A stretch of 63,445 bases of DNA, filler included, from Hausera hauseri (GCA_046269625.1; 13 parts of 13 records of this genome joined end to end with filler, not necessarily neighbours in it); one strand, 5' to 3'; positions 12,801 through 26,192 are shown, numbered from the whole stretch's first letter. The notes: generated from the sequence alone by a model not told the origin. A program made the numbers and translations.

Positions 12801-13249
12801 ACTAGGATCACCATTGACATTTTGTATTTCCGGTATATATTCGTTTTCAGTAGATTCATCATTCGTAAAATCCGAAGTATAATTTTCACCATCGGAAGGG
12901 CTTTTAACAACGGTCTCAAATGCCTTGTCATCGTTAACGTCACATGAATCCACATTAACTGCCAATGACATTTCGTTCGTATTTTTATTTTCATTCAAAT
13001 TTTGACTGCACTTCTCATCGGATTTATCAGGCGATAAAATAGCATAATTTAGTTGCGGACTAGAAAAGGCACTGTTGTTGTTTTTAAGAGTAATAAATGT
13101 GTCATCATCATTGATCATTTTGTTCGTCTTTCGATCATTATCAAGAATAGGAATGGACTCTAACGGAATGTCAGTTGGTCGCACTTTCGTTTCCGATTCA
13201 TCCGAACTCGATTCTTCGCTTTCTTCTTCCTCAATATCATCTTCATCGT

Positions 13250-15399
13250 CCGATTGTTTTTTGTCACTAATAATCGACATTGTCGAATCGCGAATTATCG
13301 CCATACACTTGTTGATCACATCTTTTCCACTGTATCGTTCAGTCGAATTAAAATCGGTTTTGATCTGGCGGAAAATAGCGTTCATTATTTTCTTAATTTC
13401 GTCTTGCAAATAATCATTGGACAATGTCGAAGAAAGAATTTTCAGTTTTGTCCAAAAGTGACCGGTTTTCGTTCATAACATCGTCCAATTGTCGACGCAG
13501 CTGTTCTGTTCGTTTTGGTTCCGATTCGGTATTTTGACGGAGAACGTTATTTTTATGGGATAGTCGTTTGATGTTCGTGGTCAGTTCGGTACAACGCAAT
13601 TGGAGATCTTTCAACTCCTTTAATGTCGATCCGTATTCCGTTGATTGCCGTTGTAATTGGGCGTTTTTTCGTCAATTCACTGACTTGTTTGTGAATTACC
13701 AATAGATTTTCGTCGGATTCCGCTTGTTTCCTACACAATTCAGTGTTCTTCAACATCAACTCCCGATTCTTTTCTATGAATTTCTGTGATTCCACTTGAC
13801 GGTATTCGTAAAATTTCTCTTCCCACGTTTGATTGATATTGTCGATTTCCAATTGTTTTGGATTGCCGTTCGATTTTCAAATTCAATTTGACGTCGTTCA
13901 AATATTTAACGTGCTGTTGTTTCAATTCCATCGTTTCCATTTCAAAATTCACTTGTTTTATGGTATTCATTAATGATTCGATTTTTCGTTTAAATCGCTT
14001 TTCATTGTCAACGGATTGTTTTTTAATGGTGTACAATTCGGTTTGCGTTAAAATATCGGTATTGCACTCCTCCTGCAATTGATTGATTTCCGTTGTTAAT
14101 GACCGATTTTTCAGCTTTAAATCGGCAATTTTGTCCGTTAATTTCGTTATCTGATTGTAATAATGGATGGGTTTTGATCGGTATGTTTGGGATTCGGCAG
14201 AAATCGTGTTCAATTTCACTTCTAATTGGCTGAGTTCCTACGTTTTCTGCGTGAGATTTCGAATGTGCTGCAGTTTTTCTTCTTCCATTTGGAGGATTTT
14301 CTGTCGGGGTACGGTTACGTTAGGATTGAATGAAACGGACATCCGTTCCATAACGTCTTGGCTATCGTTTATACATCGTTGTTTTTCCTTGTATATTTCA
14401 TTGATTCGCTTGTTCAGTTCGTCAATTAGTTCGGATTTCTGGGAAATGTCATGTTTCAACGATTCGTTTTCATGGAGAATCCCTTTAATATTGTCGAACA
14501 AATCACTGCCAACCATGTGCCGAGAAACGGTCTGTGTTTGTGAGGTGTCAATTCGTTCGAAAATCCGGTCGATTTTATCCTGGATTTTATTCATCAACAT
14601 TCGCATTTCCATATTGTTTTGACGGGTTTTCGTAAAGAGAACGTTGAAATCATTGCTAAACGTTGTCGGATGTGTCGGTGCAGTGAATGCTGCCGTCGGA
14701 AATGGCGGATTGATTGGAGTTACGAATGGTAACAATTGGGATGACTGCGGCGGTAGAATAACCGATGGATTCTGTACGCGATTGATAATTGTCGTGTGAA
14801 TCGGATAATCCGGATTGATTGATGCACCGAATTGCTGTAGAAGATTTGATTCCGTTGATCGGGAAACCGCGACTGCGGCGTATTATCTTCGTTGCTTATG
14901 GATTTCGGGATGACGGGTAATATCGGTTTCCCCAATTGCGTCATTCTGTCCATGATATGAGTCATTTTTGACCGATCTCCAGTGTCATCAACATTAACAT
15001 CAGTAGTGAATTTACCGAGATCCGGTAAAGCCACCTCGTCATCCATCATATCGACACTTTGTCCAGGTCGCTTGACTTTGGACTTGTATCGGTTTAATTT
15101 TAAGAAAATGATAAAATTCGTATTCGGCGGAATTGTTATGCCGCCTCCTTTGGCGCTATGACTTTGGCTATTTATACAAATTAAACGATAACCATTTTTC
15201 TTCATTCCGAGTAAAGATTTCTCGACGATCGGCAACGACTCGTTACTGCCGATTTTCATGCGCATTACTTTATTCGACTGATCGGCAGATGAGAATATTT
15301 TCGCTGCAATTTCGCAATCTTTAATGCCTTTTATAACCAGCTCGATTTCACATCGTTTTCCTGTGGCGTATTTCCATCACCCGATCTTAAATCAAAAAC
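13250..15399 (-). pseudogene. FKBP15: FKBP15 (WAFL)-like gene, intronless and frameshifted; its last segment is fused in frame to the HEATR5 fragment
   Basis: FKBP-domain half (LLGMKKNGYRL..IPPN), TRQNNMEMRMLMNKIQDKID, NIKGILHENESLKHDISQKSELIDELN, a coiled coil, and EIKKIMNAIFRQIKTDF...YSG, in FKBP15 order. Confidence 0.8.
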
Positions 15400-16249
15400 N
15401 NNNNNNNNNNNNNNNNNNNNNNNNNNNNNNNNNNNNNNNNNNNTTAATTAATTAANNNNNNNNNNNNNNNNNNNNNNNNNNNNNNNNNNNNNNNNNNNNG
15501 GAGTTTTGACTTTGGAGACCATAGCTATATAACGGAAGCAAAATTAGAACTTTGAGCATATTTATGCCATCAGATATTTTATTCAAAGATTTGGCTTCTT
15601 TAACTGTTTAGTCAGGTGTTTCGCCTTCATTTTGGATAACAATTTTTAATTCTGATTTACTGTTCTCGGAAAATTCGACTATTAATATTAACGTTATTTG
15701 CCTATGTGCCTGTCTTTGAAGATTTGGATGAGCTGTCATTCGTAAAATTTGTGCATCCAATTGTTTATTGAAACCATATTCATGGAATCGTTGAATAAAA
15801 ATCGAAGGAATCATGTCACCCGATGGACGCAGCATCTTTTTACTATTGTTTGTGGCAGCCTGAATATCAATAGGACTTTCCCAAGCCAAATGTATCATAT
15901 AGCTAACGAAAGGAATTTCGTCAGTTTGCGCAATCGGTTTAATAAGACAAAAAAGCAGGTATGAAAATGACTCACAAAACATTTGCAGCTTATTTGGTGT
16001 ATTTTTGTAATGAAAAAAGGTATAACTTGATATAATTTTGTGAAAAAAAACTCTGAGCTATGGGGTAGCAGGAAAATAAAGCATCGTTATTTAGAGGTTC
16101 ATCTTCAAAGTCGGTGCATACCAAATTGTTTAGCCCTTTTGTTTTTTGATCACTGTTACATCGGATGGGTGTCTTTACAACCATTTCATATCGTCTAACT
16201 CTGCTGACGTCTGAATCAAAAAATTTTCTATCGACTTTTAAAAATGCTC

Positions 16250-16500
16250 TAAGAGAGATATAAAGCTGTAGCATGTCACATGTTAACTGAGCGGGAGCAC
16301 ATTTCCTGTATAGAACACCTTTGCGCATGATAAGATCTGAACATGGTGGTAACAGCCAATCAATCAGAAATTGCATGGTTTCTTTTTGTTCGTAATTTAG
16401 GCAGTTTGGAGTATTATATCCACGCCATAAATTAGTCAATGGTTCTATATCTAATTTCAATGGTTTCAAGTCAAAAATTATGCATCGACTCACCGTGGGA
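16250..16500 (-). pseudogene. Axonemal dynein heavy chain fragment (segment after AAA2)
   Basis: PTVSRCIIFDLKPLKL.IEPL..W....P..L...QKE.MQFLIDWLLPPC resembles DNAH PATVSRCGMIY.EP..LGW.PL...WL..PC. Confidence 0.55.
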
Positions 16501-16789
16501 GTAGTTTTTTCAAATCCTCCGGTTCATATATCATGTTTCGCAAGTTTGTCATTTAAATCGTATCAGCACTCATTAAACATATTTTATCATTGTGGTTAAA
16601 AACTGTATTAATTTTTCTTATCCCTATCGCATCAATTTCCTTAGAATTGCAAGTGATAAACGCCTATAAATGAAAAACATTATATCCCGAAAATTGACTA
16701 AATTTTACATTAAGGAAAAAATTATGTGTTGGCTTAAATGTGTACAATTTCGACGAGCGCAAAAATGCATTATCCAACAAATTCACCCA

Positions 16790-17030
16790 CCTTAGATCGT
16801 CTCCAAAAATGTGAAAGTCATGATTCGGACCCAACACGGTCGAGAATGGCCTATCCTGTGCCATGAGTTTCTGACACCATTTGTAAAATTCTGTGTTGTT
16901 CTTCTGATACCAATTGTTATTTTCTTTGTTGTTGTATCCGAATTTTTCCTGAATTGACTTAGTTTTGAAGAACGAAACTACTATACCAGGGTTTATTGGG
17001 AGAGCCAACCCACCCCCAAAAAGGGTCGCA
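16790..17030 (-). CDS. Probable isolated exon of an unidentified host gene
   Basis: Protein-like, Trp/aromatic-containing ORF segment (GLALPINPG...EFYKWCQKLMAQDRPFSTVLGPNHDFHIFGDDLR) ending at a GT donor and flanked by AT-rich DNA. Confidence 0.3.
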
Positions 17031-17871
17031 TTCCTCCCAATACTGCTATCATAAATCATCGAGGGGGATTTGATTTTCAACGCCCGTACCATTCCAAATA
17101 AATTCCACGGTATAAAAAATTAGCTCTGGTAAAACGTATCGAATAAGTATCTCCAAAAATTTATTTTCCGAAAACAGCGTAAAAAATGGAGGTTTAAAAT
17201 TCTCGAAGCAAAAAACCTTTTGTGAATTCAAACAAAATTTTTCTTTCGGTTTTTTTAAAGAAAAAATAGGTCTTGTAAATCGGTTGTGCAATACACCTAT
17301 GCACTCGTCTATTATGTATACTGAGTCTGAAATTACTGAAACTATTTTTTTATCTTTTTGTTAATTGCGAACTTATGATGCAACGTGATTCGGGCACAAT
17401 TAAAAGAAAATACAGCGGTTAAATTTGTCATGAATTTTTGCAATTCAGCAAATAATTTAAAGCAAATAAAATATTTCATTTCTTGAGTGAAATTGATTAA
17501 TTAATTTTTTTGTCATTGATCTAAAACTGAAACTAAAGCTGAACCAATTTCGAGTTTTTATACCAGTTTACATCCGTAGATAAATATGCAACTGAAAAAT
17601 TGATCTGATGCAAAAATACAAGGTATGACACGGCTACGTGAAAATCCTTTTAGATTACATAATAAGGCTGCAAATAACTAAATTATCAGGTCAATTAAAT
17701 AACCCTGACAAAGCGATCTCCAATGGTTTTGTAGAATCTTTTTGACTTCGGTTCAACTCTTGGACGAGAGTCGTTGTACTAAAATCAGGACAAGTGGAAC
17801 ATTTGTCCGAAAGGCACTCAATCGCCAAACGCTTGTCGTCAGTGGTGGCGGCGCCCACAGCAGCGGCACCA

Positions 17872-19760
17872 CAATGCCTCTTACAGCTATCGGAGCCATA
17901 CTTCGTCAAATATCCAATAGAGTCAACGAGCCCCTAGAATTCTATTCGCGCGAACTCACACTGCCAGAATGCCGTTACTCAACGTTCGCCAGACAAATCT
18001 TAGCCATAGTATTGGCCTTAAAACATTTCTCGAACTTACTAATCGCTAGGCCTTTTACCATCCAAACAGACCAAAAACCATTAATTAACATAATTTTCAT
18101 TGAAAACCTCTCATCTTGACAAGAATGTCACATATCGTACTTATCGATATTAGATTTTAAAATAGTTCACATTTTAGGCACAGATAATCTAGTTGCCGAT
18201 TTTCTGTCCAGATCAGTCAACATCATTTGAGTTGCATCAAATTTCTCACAGACAGTGCTTCAACAAAATGTACCAACGCAGGACATTCTTACGACTTTCA
18301 AGTTTCATCAGATCGTCGAAGACATTGCCTACGATACATTTAAACTTGGTAACAACAAACGAACACTTTCTTCACCTTTGCAAAAAACTGAACTTCACAG
18401 CGTTCACTCACTTCATTATCCGGGGGTAAAAGCAACTTTCCGCCTTCTTCAATGCCATGGAAGTATGGCCGTTGATGTGCCCAGACATATAGGCTTGGGT
18501 TAAGATGTGTGTGGCATGCAAAAATTTCAAAACCAACATGTATCTGAAGCCACCACTATATCACTTCCCCTGCACGTCGCTTTTTGAGTCCATTCATATT
18601 GATCTAGTCGACCCTCTTCGTCCAAACAACGGCTATCAGTTTATACTCACAATGACAAACCGTTCTTCTTGATGGACAGAGACTATTCCACCAAGATGCA
18701 CTAACACAGACACCATCGCTGAGGTCTTCATAAAAATATGGATCAGTAGATTTGGCTCACCTCGTTTTTTAACCATGGACCAAGGTCCACAATTCGAGTC
18801 AAACTTGTTTAAAACCTTAGTCAATCTCTTGGGGATAAAACACATACGCACTTCTTCATATCGTCCTTAAGAGAACGGTTTACTAGAAAGATTTCACTGC
18901 ACAATGAAAGCCTCACTCAAAATCCTTGCTGAATCGCACAGCAATTGGACATCTCTTCTTCCTCTTGTCTTGCTCGGGTGGCGAAACATGCTCTCCACCA
19001 CTACGGGTTGCGCTCTAACTGATGCATTCTTTGGGACTTCCATACGTGCACTTTTTGAACTGACTGATTTGTATGATATACTAACGGATGGGTTAATTCG
19101 TATATCACAGGATCACTTCGTGTCGATAAACAAAGAGTTATTTTGCAAAATTATTAACTACAATAAAGCAAATATACCGAGTGATCTGTACACAGCTAAG
19201 TATGTTTGGCTTCGCAATTCTAAACCCTGTGGCTTTCAACCACAAAACCTTGAGACATACAAACTTCTTTCTTTCTCATCTGGCATGACTACGATTCTCA
19301 AGAACAACATAGAATAAACCTTGTATATCACCAATTTAAAACCGACTTTCTTCGTTGATTATTCTCCTAGAAATTCACAAAACAATTCCAACTCAACTAG
19401 TACTTTTCTCGACTCTTTTGCATCTGTTTCGCGTCCTGCTAATTCAACGAACCACGAATCACCGCCTGATCCAATTCCCATTTCTACTTCTCATTTCTCA
19501 CATCTTACTTATAATTTTTCCACTCGTACTTACAATTCCTCACCTGTTACTTCTTATTTCTGATCTACTTCTAATTCGCCATCTACTATTACTCATTCAT
19601 CACCTTCTACTTCTCACTTTTTACTCCTCATTTCTCACCTTACACCTCTACTTCTCGCTACTTACCTTCTATTTCTCATTTCTCAACCTCTTCTTCCACT
19701 TCGTCAGCAGTGAAAAAATGAGAGTTCTGGCGCAAACTCCTAACACACCACTTTTATTTC
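17872..19760 (+). mobile_element. Gypsy RNase H-integrase fragment, same family as contig B, with pyrimidine-rich tail
   Basis: AIGAILRQ..EPLEFYSR..RYSTF..ILAIVLALKHF..IQTDQKPL; integrase HIDLV, DQGPQFES, LERFH, LPLVLLGWR. Collinear with 6330-7800. Confidence 0.92.
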
Positions 19761-19994
19761 ATTGATGAGTTAAAACAAAAGTCAATTTGACGATCGAGTG
19801 AATCGGAATTCGAACTTATTTTTCCCCCCCCCGATTGGGTGAATCGGAATTTGTTACATGAGGCCATTTAAGGACAATGTCATTTATGGATTATNNNNNN
19901 NNNNNNNNNNNNNNNNNNNNNNNNNNNNNNNNNNNNNNTTAATTAATTAANNNNNNNNNNNNNNNNNNNNNNNNNNNNNNNNNNNNNNNNNNNN

Positions 19995-22900
19995 ATAGTT
20001 TGTTCATAGAGGCAGGTAAGTATAAAGTTATGCTCAGCACACGCATTGGGTGCACTGATCGCTTTTTGGAGCGAATGGAGTTTTCCAGATGAGATCCAGA
20101 GTCTTTCGTTTATGATTTTAGCAAACAGTATATATGCAATGTCCAGCACTGCGATAGGCCTCCACAAAGAGGTTAAGTATGAGTATTCCTCCTTTCCCAG
20201 TTTTTGGATGAGGGTTATCCTATAGGCCTTCCATTGGTCTAAAATATCGGAGTTTAGGAGGATATAATTAAATAATTTGCCAAGCGCCTCAAGTTGTGGA
20301 TCCAGGATCTTCCATTGATTATATTTAATACCGTCCTCTCCAGGACTACTATTAGCAGTAAATTTTAAGGCCTTTTTAATTTCGTCTGTGGTGATAATTT
20401 CCCTGGTGACGTTATCGTGAAAGTATGGTACTGACAGGAAGGTGTATTTAGAGTATCTAATGTTGGGAGTAGTTTGAGTATAGTGATCAATGAAGGCTTG
20501 CTTCGGAGGAAGAGCAACTTCTACGGTGGGGTAAGATTTTTCGTATCGTAAGTTTGGGGGTTCTTAAATATTCAAGACGTATAGAGCAATCTTTGTTGTT
20601 TTTATATTTTGTCATTTGGTGGCGTATTAGTTAGTTTCTCTGGAAAGATTTCCTCTTTAGCTCACATGGCTTCTTTAAGAAAGTACGTTGATCCTATTCC
20701 AGATTAATTTGGATAAAGCAATGCTTTCTCAATGAGTGGGTGGATTTGTTTATTTTGATTAGGCCTAAATTTTCTGTTCTTGCCATATTTTAAGGTTAAT
20801 TGATTAATCCCTTCTCGGAGATTATTCATTTCACAGTTCTTGAAGTTAGTATTTGTATGTTCAGCGTAGTGTCTGGCATAGTGTGTAATAAAAACACCTG
20901 AGTCGATTTCATTATTCTGAGTGGGGTATTTAAGGTTTTGTTCTAACGTAAGGGATTCGTACACTGTTAAGTAGGAAAAGTGATAAAGTAATTAGCCAAC
21001 CTACTCGCTATAGTATAATGTTTATCAGTAATGGTAGTTGAGGATGGATCCAGTATTAGATAATTTTGCAGGGTTCTATTAACTATAAACAGAAGCCTAT
21101 GATTACGACCCACACGAATTGGCCAAAGTGCTATTTCCCCGTCAGAGTTTGGAAAATGGAAAATTATTGTATAGATTTTTAATGTCGTTTTGGAGCAAGG
21201 ATTTTGCCGTAAGTTGGCTAAAAAAAATAGTGTCTGTATTTCTATTGGTGCAAAAGTATGAGACAGCTCCATTACCCATAGTCACTTGTCATTCGCATCT
21301 TTTTCCTGTATAGGCAAGTCTAAGTTTAGGAATTCTGTAAATACTTCATAAGCGGGGTAGTCGTTTATGCAGAATTGCGTTTAATGGAATAAATGTTTTA
21401 CAGAAGTTACATTTTATCTGATTGACATATATGGTGGTTTGATGTGTTTTTTAGGTTGGTTGACTTTAGGCGTGAATTTTTTGCATCTTGATCGTATAGT
21501 GATTCAAAGCTGCAGTTAGATATTTGACAATGAGCCACTAAGTGTTCATTAGGCTTTCCTATTAGTATAAAAGGTGTTGGTAATAGCAAATTTCGGTGTT
21601 TCGATATACCCAGCTCCCGCTCTATTTATAGGCGGTGCTACTGGCTAACAGGGTTGGAGGCTTATTGGTCCTATTTCTGATATCCTTAATGTCAATTAGG
21701 AGTATTGTTTATTCTTTTGACATTAGGATCATATAACCACATATACGGGCCACAGTCATCCCTATTTAATTGTGGCGCATAATCCCTGTTCCTTACTAAT
21801 CCCTTGTATTCAAGATAGGGGATCTGAAACACTATTTTGAATACATTTATTCTGCGTAGAAGTCTTATGTGAGTATCCGTGGAAGTGGTTTTTTGTATGG
21901 GTTTAAAAAGTATACAGTTTTGTCGCTCCTATTTATATGTAGTACAGACCAGTGACCATCATGGTTGATGGTAATAAAAATGTGTTTGGCTGTCTGCACA
22001 ATTTGACTTCAGCTGCAGGCACATTTGAAGGTGCAGTTGTTATATGGTCGTTGGGGAATAATCTGACGAATTTATCCCAGGAGATATAGAGGAAGCTGGT
22101 GTCGAACATTACTCTGGTGCCCAGAAGTCAACCTGTTCTTCAGTGAACTTTTGTCCCTGTCGTAGGTTTTTCTTCCTAGAGCTACCTAGATTGGGTAGCA
22201 TTGCCGTTAAGGCCTCGTCGTGCACTATGAAGAAGTCAATTGAGTCTAATGAGGTTATATCTCGGAAGTCATTATCGTTGTTCGGTATACTTTTAATATT
22301 GTTTAGTTGTGGGTTTTCTGACTCGATGTACACGCCAGAAGTGCGAACGCTGCCTTCTTCGTTATAAGGAGGTTTTCCTGAACTGCCCGCGTCATATGCG
22401 CCGTAGTTTGGTGAATATCGTGGGCATTGACATAGAGGAAGGTAACATCCTTGGCTATTTCAGCCATATATCCATAAATGAAAGGGCCACAGTCGTCAGT
22501 GTTGTTAGGAGGTTGATGATCTTTATTCGTAAAGAGACCGGCGTAGGTCAGGTTTGGTATATTGAATATAGTCTTGAAGATTTCAGGCCTATCCTGAAGG
22601 AGTTCGGCAGGAGTTTTGTATAGTAAGGAGGATTCGTATAGGTCTATAAGGTGGAGCGAAGACGTGTTTCGGTTTATGTGAGCCAGAATCCAGTGGTTGG
22701 CATGCCAAGTAGAACTGAGAATATGAGAAGCACTAGATGCCTTATTTCTTTTTATGGGCCCTAACTTGGCGAAGCGTGAGGTATTTTCATTGTTCGGGAA
22801 GAGGTAGGATAGTAGAATAGCGGAGATATAGAAGATATTGTGAGTGGCAGCAGTGTTATCACCCCAAATGTCGATCTGTTGATCGGAGAACCATAGGGAC

Positions 22901-24966
22901 CGGCCTTTAAGAGGCGAATATTCTTTAGCGGGAATTAACTCAGTCATTAGGACATCCGGCTGATAGGCGGTAGAATTATTGGGATTTTCTACAGAGTCCT
23001 CTCTCGACTGACAGAGGTCCTGTTTTTTGGTCTTATTGACATTATCAAAGTTGACCATTACAGGATCATCGCTTGCAATGCTGAAAGTTTTGCAAGATGC
23101 CCTAGGTTTACTTGGGGGAGTATATTCAAGGTTGTCAGTTTGAGTACCTATTGCAGTTGCGGATGTCACCGTTGTTTGGGTACATGAATCTACCCAGGTT
23201 ATGATTTGTCTAGTAGAGAAGGATGGTATCGTGTCAGTTTGTGAGTTGGTAGTCTTATGCCTGGAGTATGCATGGTATATTGGCGGACTAAGGAGGTTCA
23301 AGAGCAGGGGAGAGGAGCTATCAAGTGGATTTATTACTTTGCTTGGTTTGTATTTATTTGTAACATTAGTTTTGCTATGGGTGATGTTCATTAGTTGTTG
23401 TGTCGTAGTATTGTTGCTAGCGTTTGTATGATTTTGTTGGGAGTCAGAATTTTTTACAAGATATTTTGCCGGGAATTTGCTTAATAAGGTTGTGTGAGAG
23501 TTATTGTCGGTCGAGCAGGAAGTATTAGATATGCACTCGAGGAATTCCAGAATTTTAGAGATAGAGGTGAAGCGGAGTGACGTGTTTGTTGGTTTTTCAG
23601 TTTTATATATTCTTAAAAAGGAATTAAGGAAGCTTAGTGCCATCTCTTTGATTTTAAAGTTTTTGTATGCTGTTCTACTGTTGACATGAACACTATAGCC
23701 TTTTGTGAAGAAGTGTCTTAGGGCCAGGGAAGACGGGATATAACGTAGTAATTCAGGTTGCGTTGAGGTCATATTACCTGGTAGTGACCAGCTAAAGAAA
23801 GGCCTGCTGTTGGAAGCAGGAGGAGCAACTATTTTATACACATTTTGTGTTTCAGAGGAATTAAGCGGAGATGTAATGTTTTGGTCCCTAGAGGTTACGG
23901 GGAGAGGTGATATGTTTTCATCTAATTCACAGAGGACATCTTCCGTTTTCGTAGCTAGTGGGTTAGTGTCGATTATTCTTACTGGGAATGCAGCTTCTAG
24001 TTGAGTAAATTCCTCAGGCGTATTGTATATTGTTGCCATTAATATAATTTGGAGGAATTTGATTATATCGTTCATTGACTGAAAGCATACGGGGCGGTAG
24101 TGGGTTTTGTTTCTATATACGTTCCGAAAGCTTTTTATAAAGAGTAACGCCATATTAACGAGCCTGACGTCGGTCATTTTTGTATATGGATCCACGGAAT
24201 GACTGTGACCCTTGTTAAAGAAGTGTTCCAGGGCTCTGACGGTGGGTAAGTATTTGATGAGTTTGGGGGATTTAGTGTTGATAGAATTATTTGGCGACCA
24301 ATAGAACTTCTGAACAGGCGGGTATTGAATAGATGTGGGTTTATCTTTATTTTTATTTCTACTCGGGATATCACTTGAAATTATGATGGTTTCTTTAGCA
24401 CTGGGAGGGCATGGGTGAGTGGCCGTTAGTGGCTGAATTATAGCTACGTTCAAGGTTTTCTAGAGTCGTAGAAAACCAGAAGGCTCCCTCTGCACAATGA
24501 AATGTTGTATCACCTTTATGAAATTAAATATTTCCGCTTTGGTTTTATAGGTGTAGGTCAGTTTTGGTGTAGAGTCATCCAATAAGGGCCTCACAGTCTT
24601 AATGGCAAACATGCGGGTGGTTAATTTTTTAGGAGCGCTGTAGAGAACTGCTGCGTCTTGATGTAGTGTAGATCGTTCAGGTAACGTAGTTTCCTTGGTG
24701 CCTTCTGGATTCACTATGCTATGAAGTGTTCCATTGCAGAAGGAGTCAATTAATTTAATCAGATAATCCTCAGAAAGACAGAAAGATTGCGCCGCTCGAC
24801 GCAGGAAAGTTCGGATCACCTCTGAACGTGTTATTCTCGACGGTCTTTTGACGATTGACGAAGGTATTCCTGGCAGTAACCTATAAATTCCTATACATAG
24901 TGTCCTTATTTCTTGGAGTACTTTTTCCGAGAGGCAGCTTTTGTCGAATTTTATCTATTTGTAACT
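19995..24966 (-). mobile_element. R2-group (NeSL/Utopia-like) non-LTR retrotransposon: repeated N-terminal domain, three Ulp1/SENP-like protease domains, N-terminal RT; degenerate
   Basis: RT domains 0-2: PGEDGIKY..WK, WK...ITLIQK, WRPIAVLDIAYILFAKIINERL, LHSLQKA...CAEHNFIL (19995-20400). Protease motifs HW...DDCG at about 22420-22900 and 21730-22150, and HR...IDSG at about 20860-21300. Confidence 0.8.
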
Positions 24967-25551
24967 NNNNNNNNNNNNNNNNNNNNNNNNNNNNNNNNNN
25001 NNNNNNNNNNTTAATTAATTAANNNNNNNNNNNNNNNNNNNNNNNNNNNNNNNNNNNNNNNNNNNNTATCATAGGAAATAATTACTGATAACTATCATGA
25101 GTCATTAACATTAAGATGTAACCAGGTAGTTAAATATTCACATTTATGTAAATTTCTTATAATTGAATCTGAGCTGTATGTAGCTCAATGAGAACATTGT
25201 ATATAGTTAGTTGTTGTGTATTGTGCAGTACACTTAATAAATAAGTTTTCTTGAGCTGTTTTACCTTTTTTATTGTAAAAGTTGCGGACAACCAAAAATT
25301 TTGGCGGACAACCAGATTCTGTCAAGTGGTTGTCCGCTGGACAACCTAAAAAAAAACCTTATGTCTACCCCTGCTATCTGGAGGTCCCATGTAACTAACG
25401 ATCTGCTGATCCAAATCTGTTTGTCTGTGTCTTTCTCTCTCTATTCCATCCGTGCCCCCCCCACCCGCCCCGATTCTGAAATGCAGCAGGCTGACCTCCG
25501 TCCCGTCAACGCTGCTCCAGTGCCTGACGGTTTTAACCGTGGCCCTGCCAG

Positions 25552-26192
25552 ACGTGCTGGCAACGTCCAGGAACCTGGAGGCGGGCTCGCGTGTGTCGGA
25601 GGAGCAGAAGACGCGCTTCAAGTACTTCTGCCAGGCCGTACTCATCCTGAGGCACTGCGTCAGGCCGGCGGCAGTCGAGGCGATGACCGTAAGCGCCTTT
25701 CCCGTCTCTCCGACGGACGTGTCTCCCCCACGCTTTGATGCTCTCTGGCCTCGACTCTGGTGTGGGCTTAACCCTTGATGTGCGTTTATTGCTCTGGTTT
25801 TTCACGTCCAGGCCAAGAACTGGGTGGAGAGGCAGCCTCACGGGGGGCGGATCCTCGTCCGAGCGGACGGTTCCCTCCAGAACGCGCTCACCTTCGCTCT
25901 CTCCCAGGACGACGCTGCGGTAAGTGGTTGATCCGTTCGATTCAAACACGCACGCACGCACGAGAAAAGAAATGATCCACATTAATCGGCCTTAAAAAAG
26001 CAGATGAGTAGAGGGTGTTGGCATCGTAACACGTGCCGCTTCCCTTCACCAGATGCTGGAAGTGTACTACCTGAAGGTCCGGTCCGTGTACATGCAGGTG
26101 GACTCCGGGGAGGACAAAGGGCTCTTTTTTCTGGCCCAGTCGGGCTCAAAGGTCCGCAGCGCCAGCAACGATGTGAGACGGCTGCATTCCCA
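25552..26192 (+). CDS. Three exons (25552-25688, 25812-25919, 26053-26192) of a teleost-type gene with a tyrosine-recombinase-like domain
   Basis: Canonical AG/GT boundaries with a continuous frame: ...FKYFCQAVLILRHCVRPAAVEAMT / AKNWVERQ...LTFALSQDDAA / MLEVYYLKVRS...FFLAQSGSKVRSASNDVRRLH. This resembles fish integrase-like proteins with the QRPGAV motif. Codons are GC-rich. Confidence 0.55.

Noticed and set aside
1-15399. Alternative genetic code explaining the interrupted genes
   Set aside because: The interruptions include frameshifts and all three stop codons, while long ORFs in H and M read cleanly in the standard code.
19355-19765. Hydrophobic 136-aa ORF as a possible env or membrane protein
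   Set aside because: It is a by-product of a CT-rich low-complexity tail after the integrase, with a similar tail at 7790-8040.
25301-25982. Several overlapping 100-150 aa ORFs on both strands
   Set aside because: They are explained by GC-rich exons and introns of the spliced plus-strand gene.
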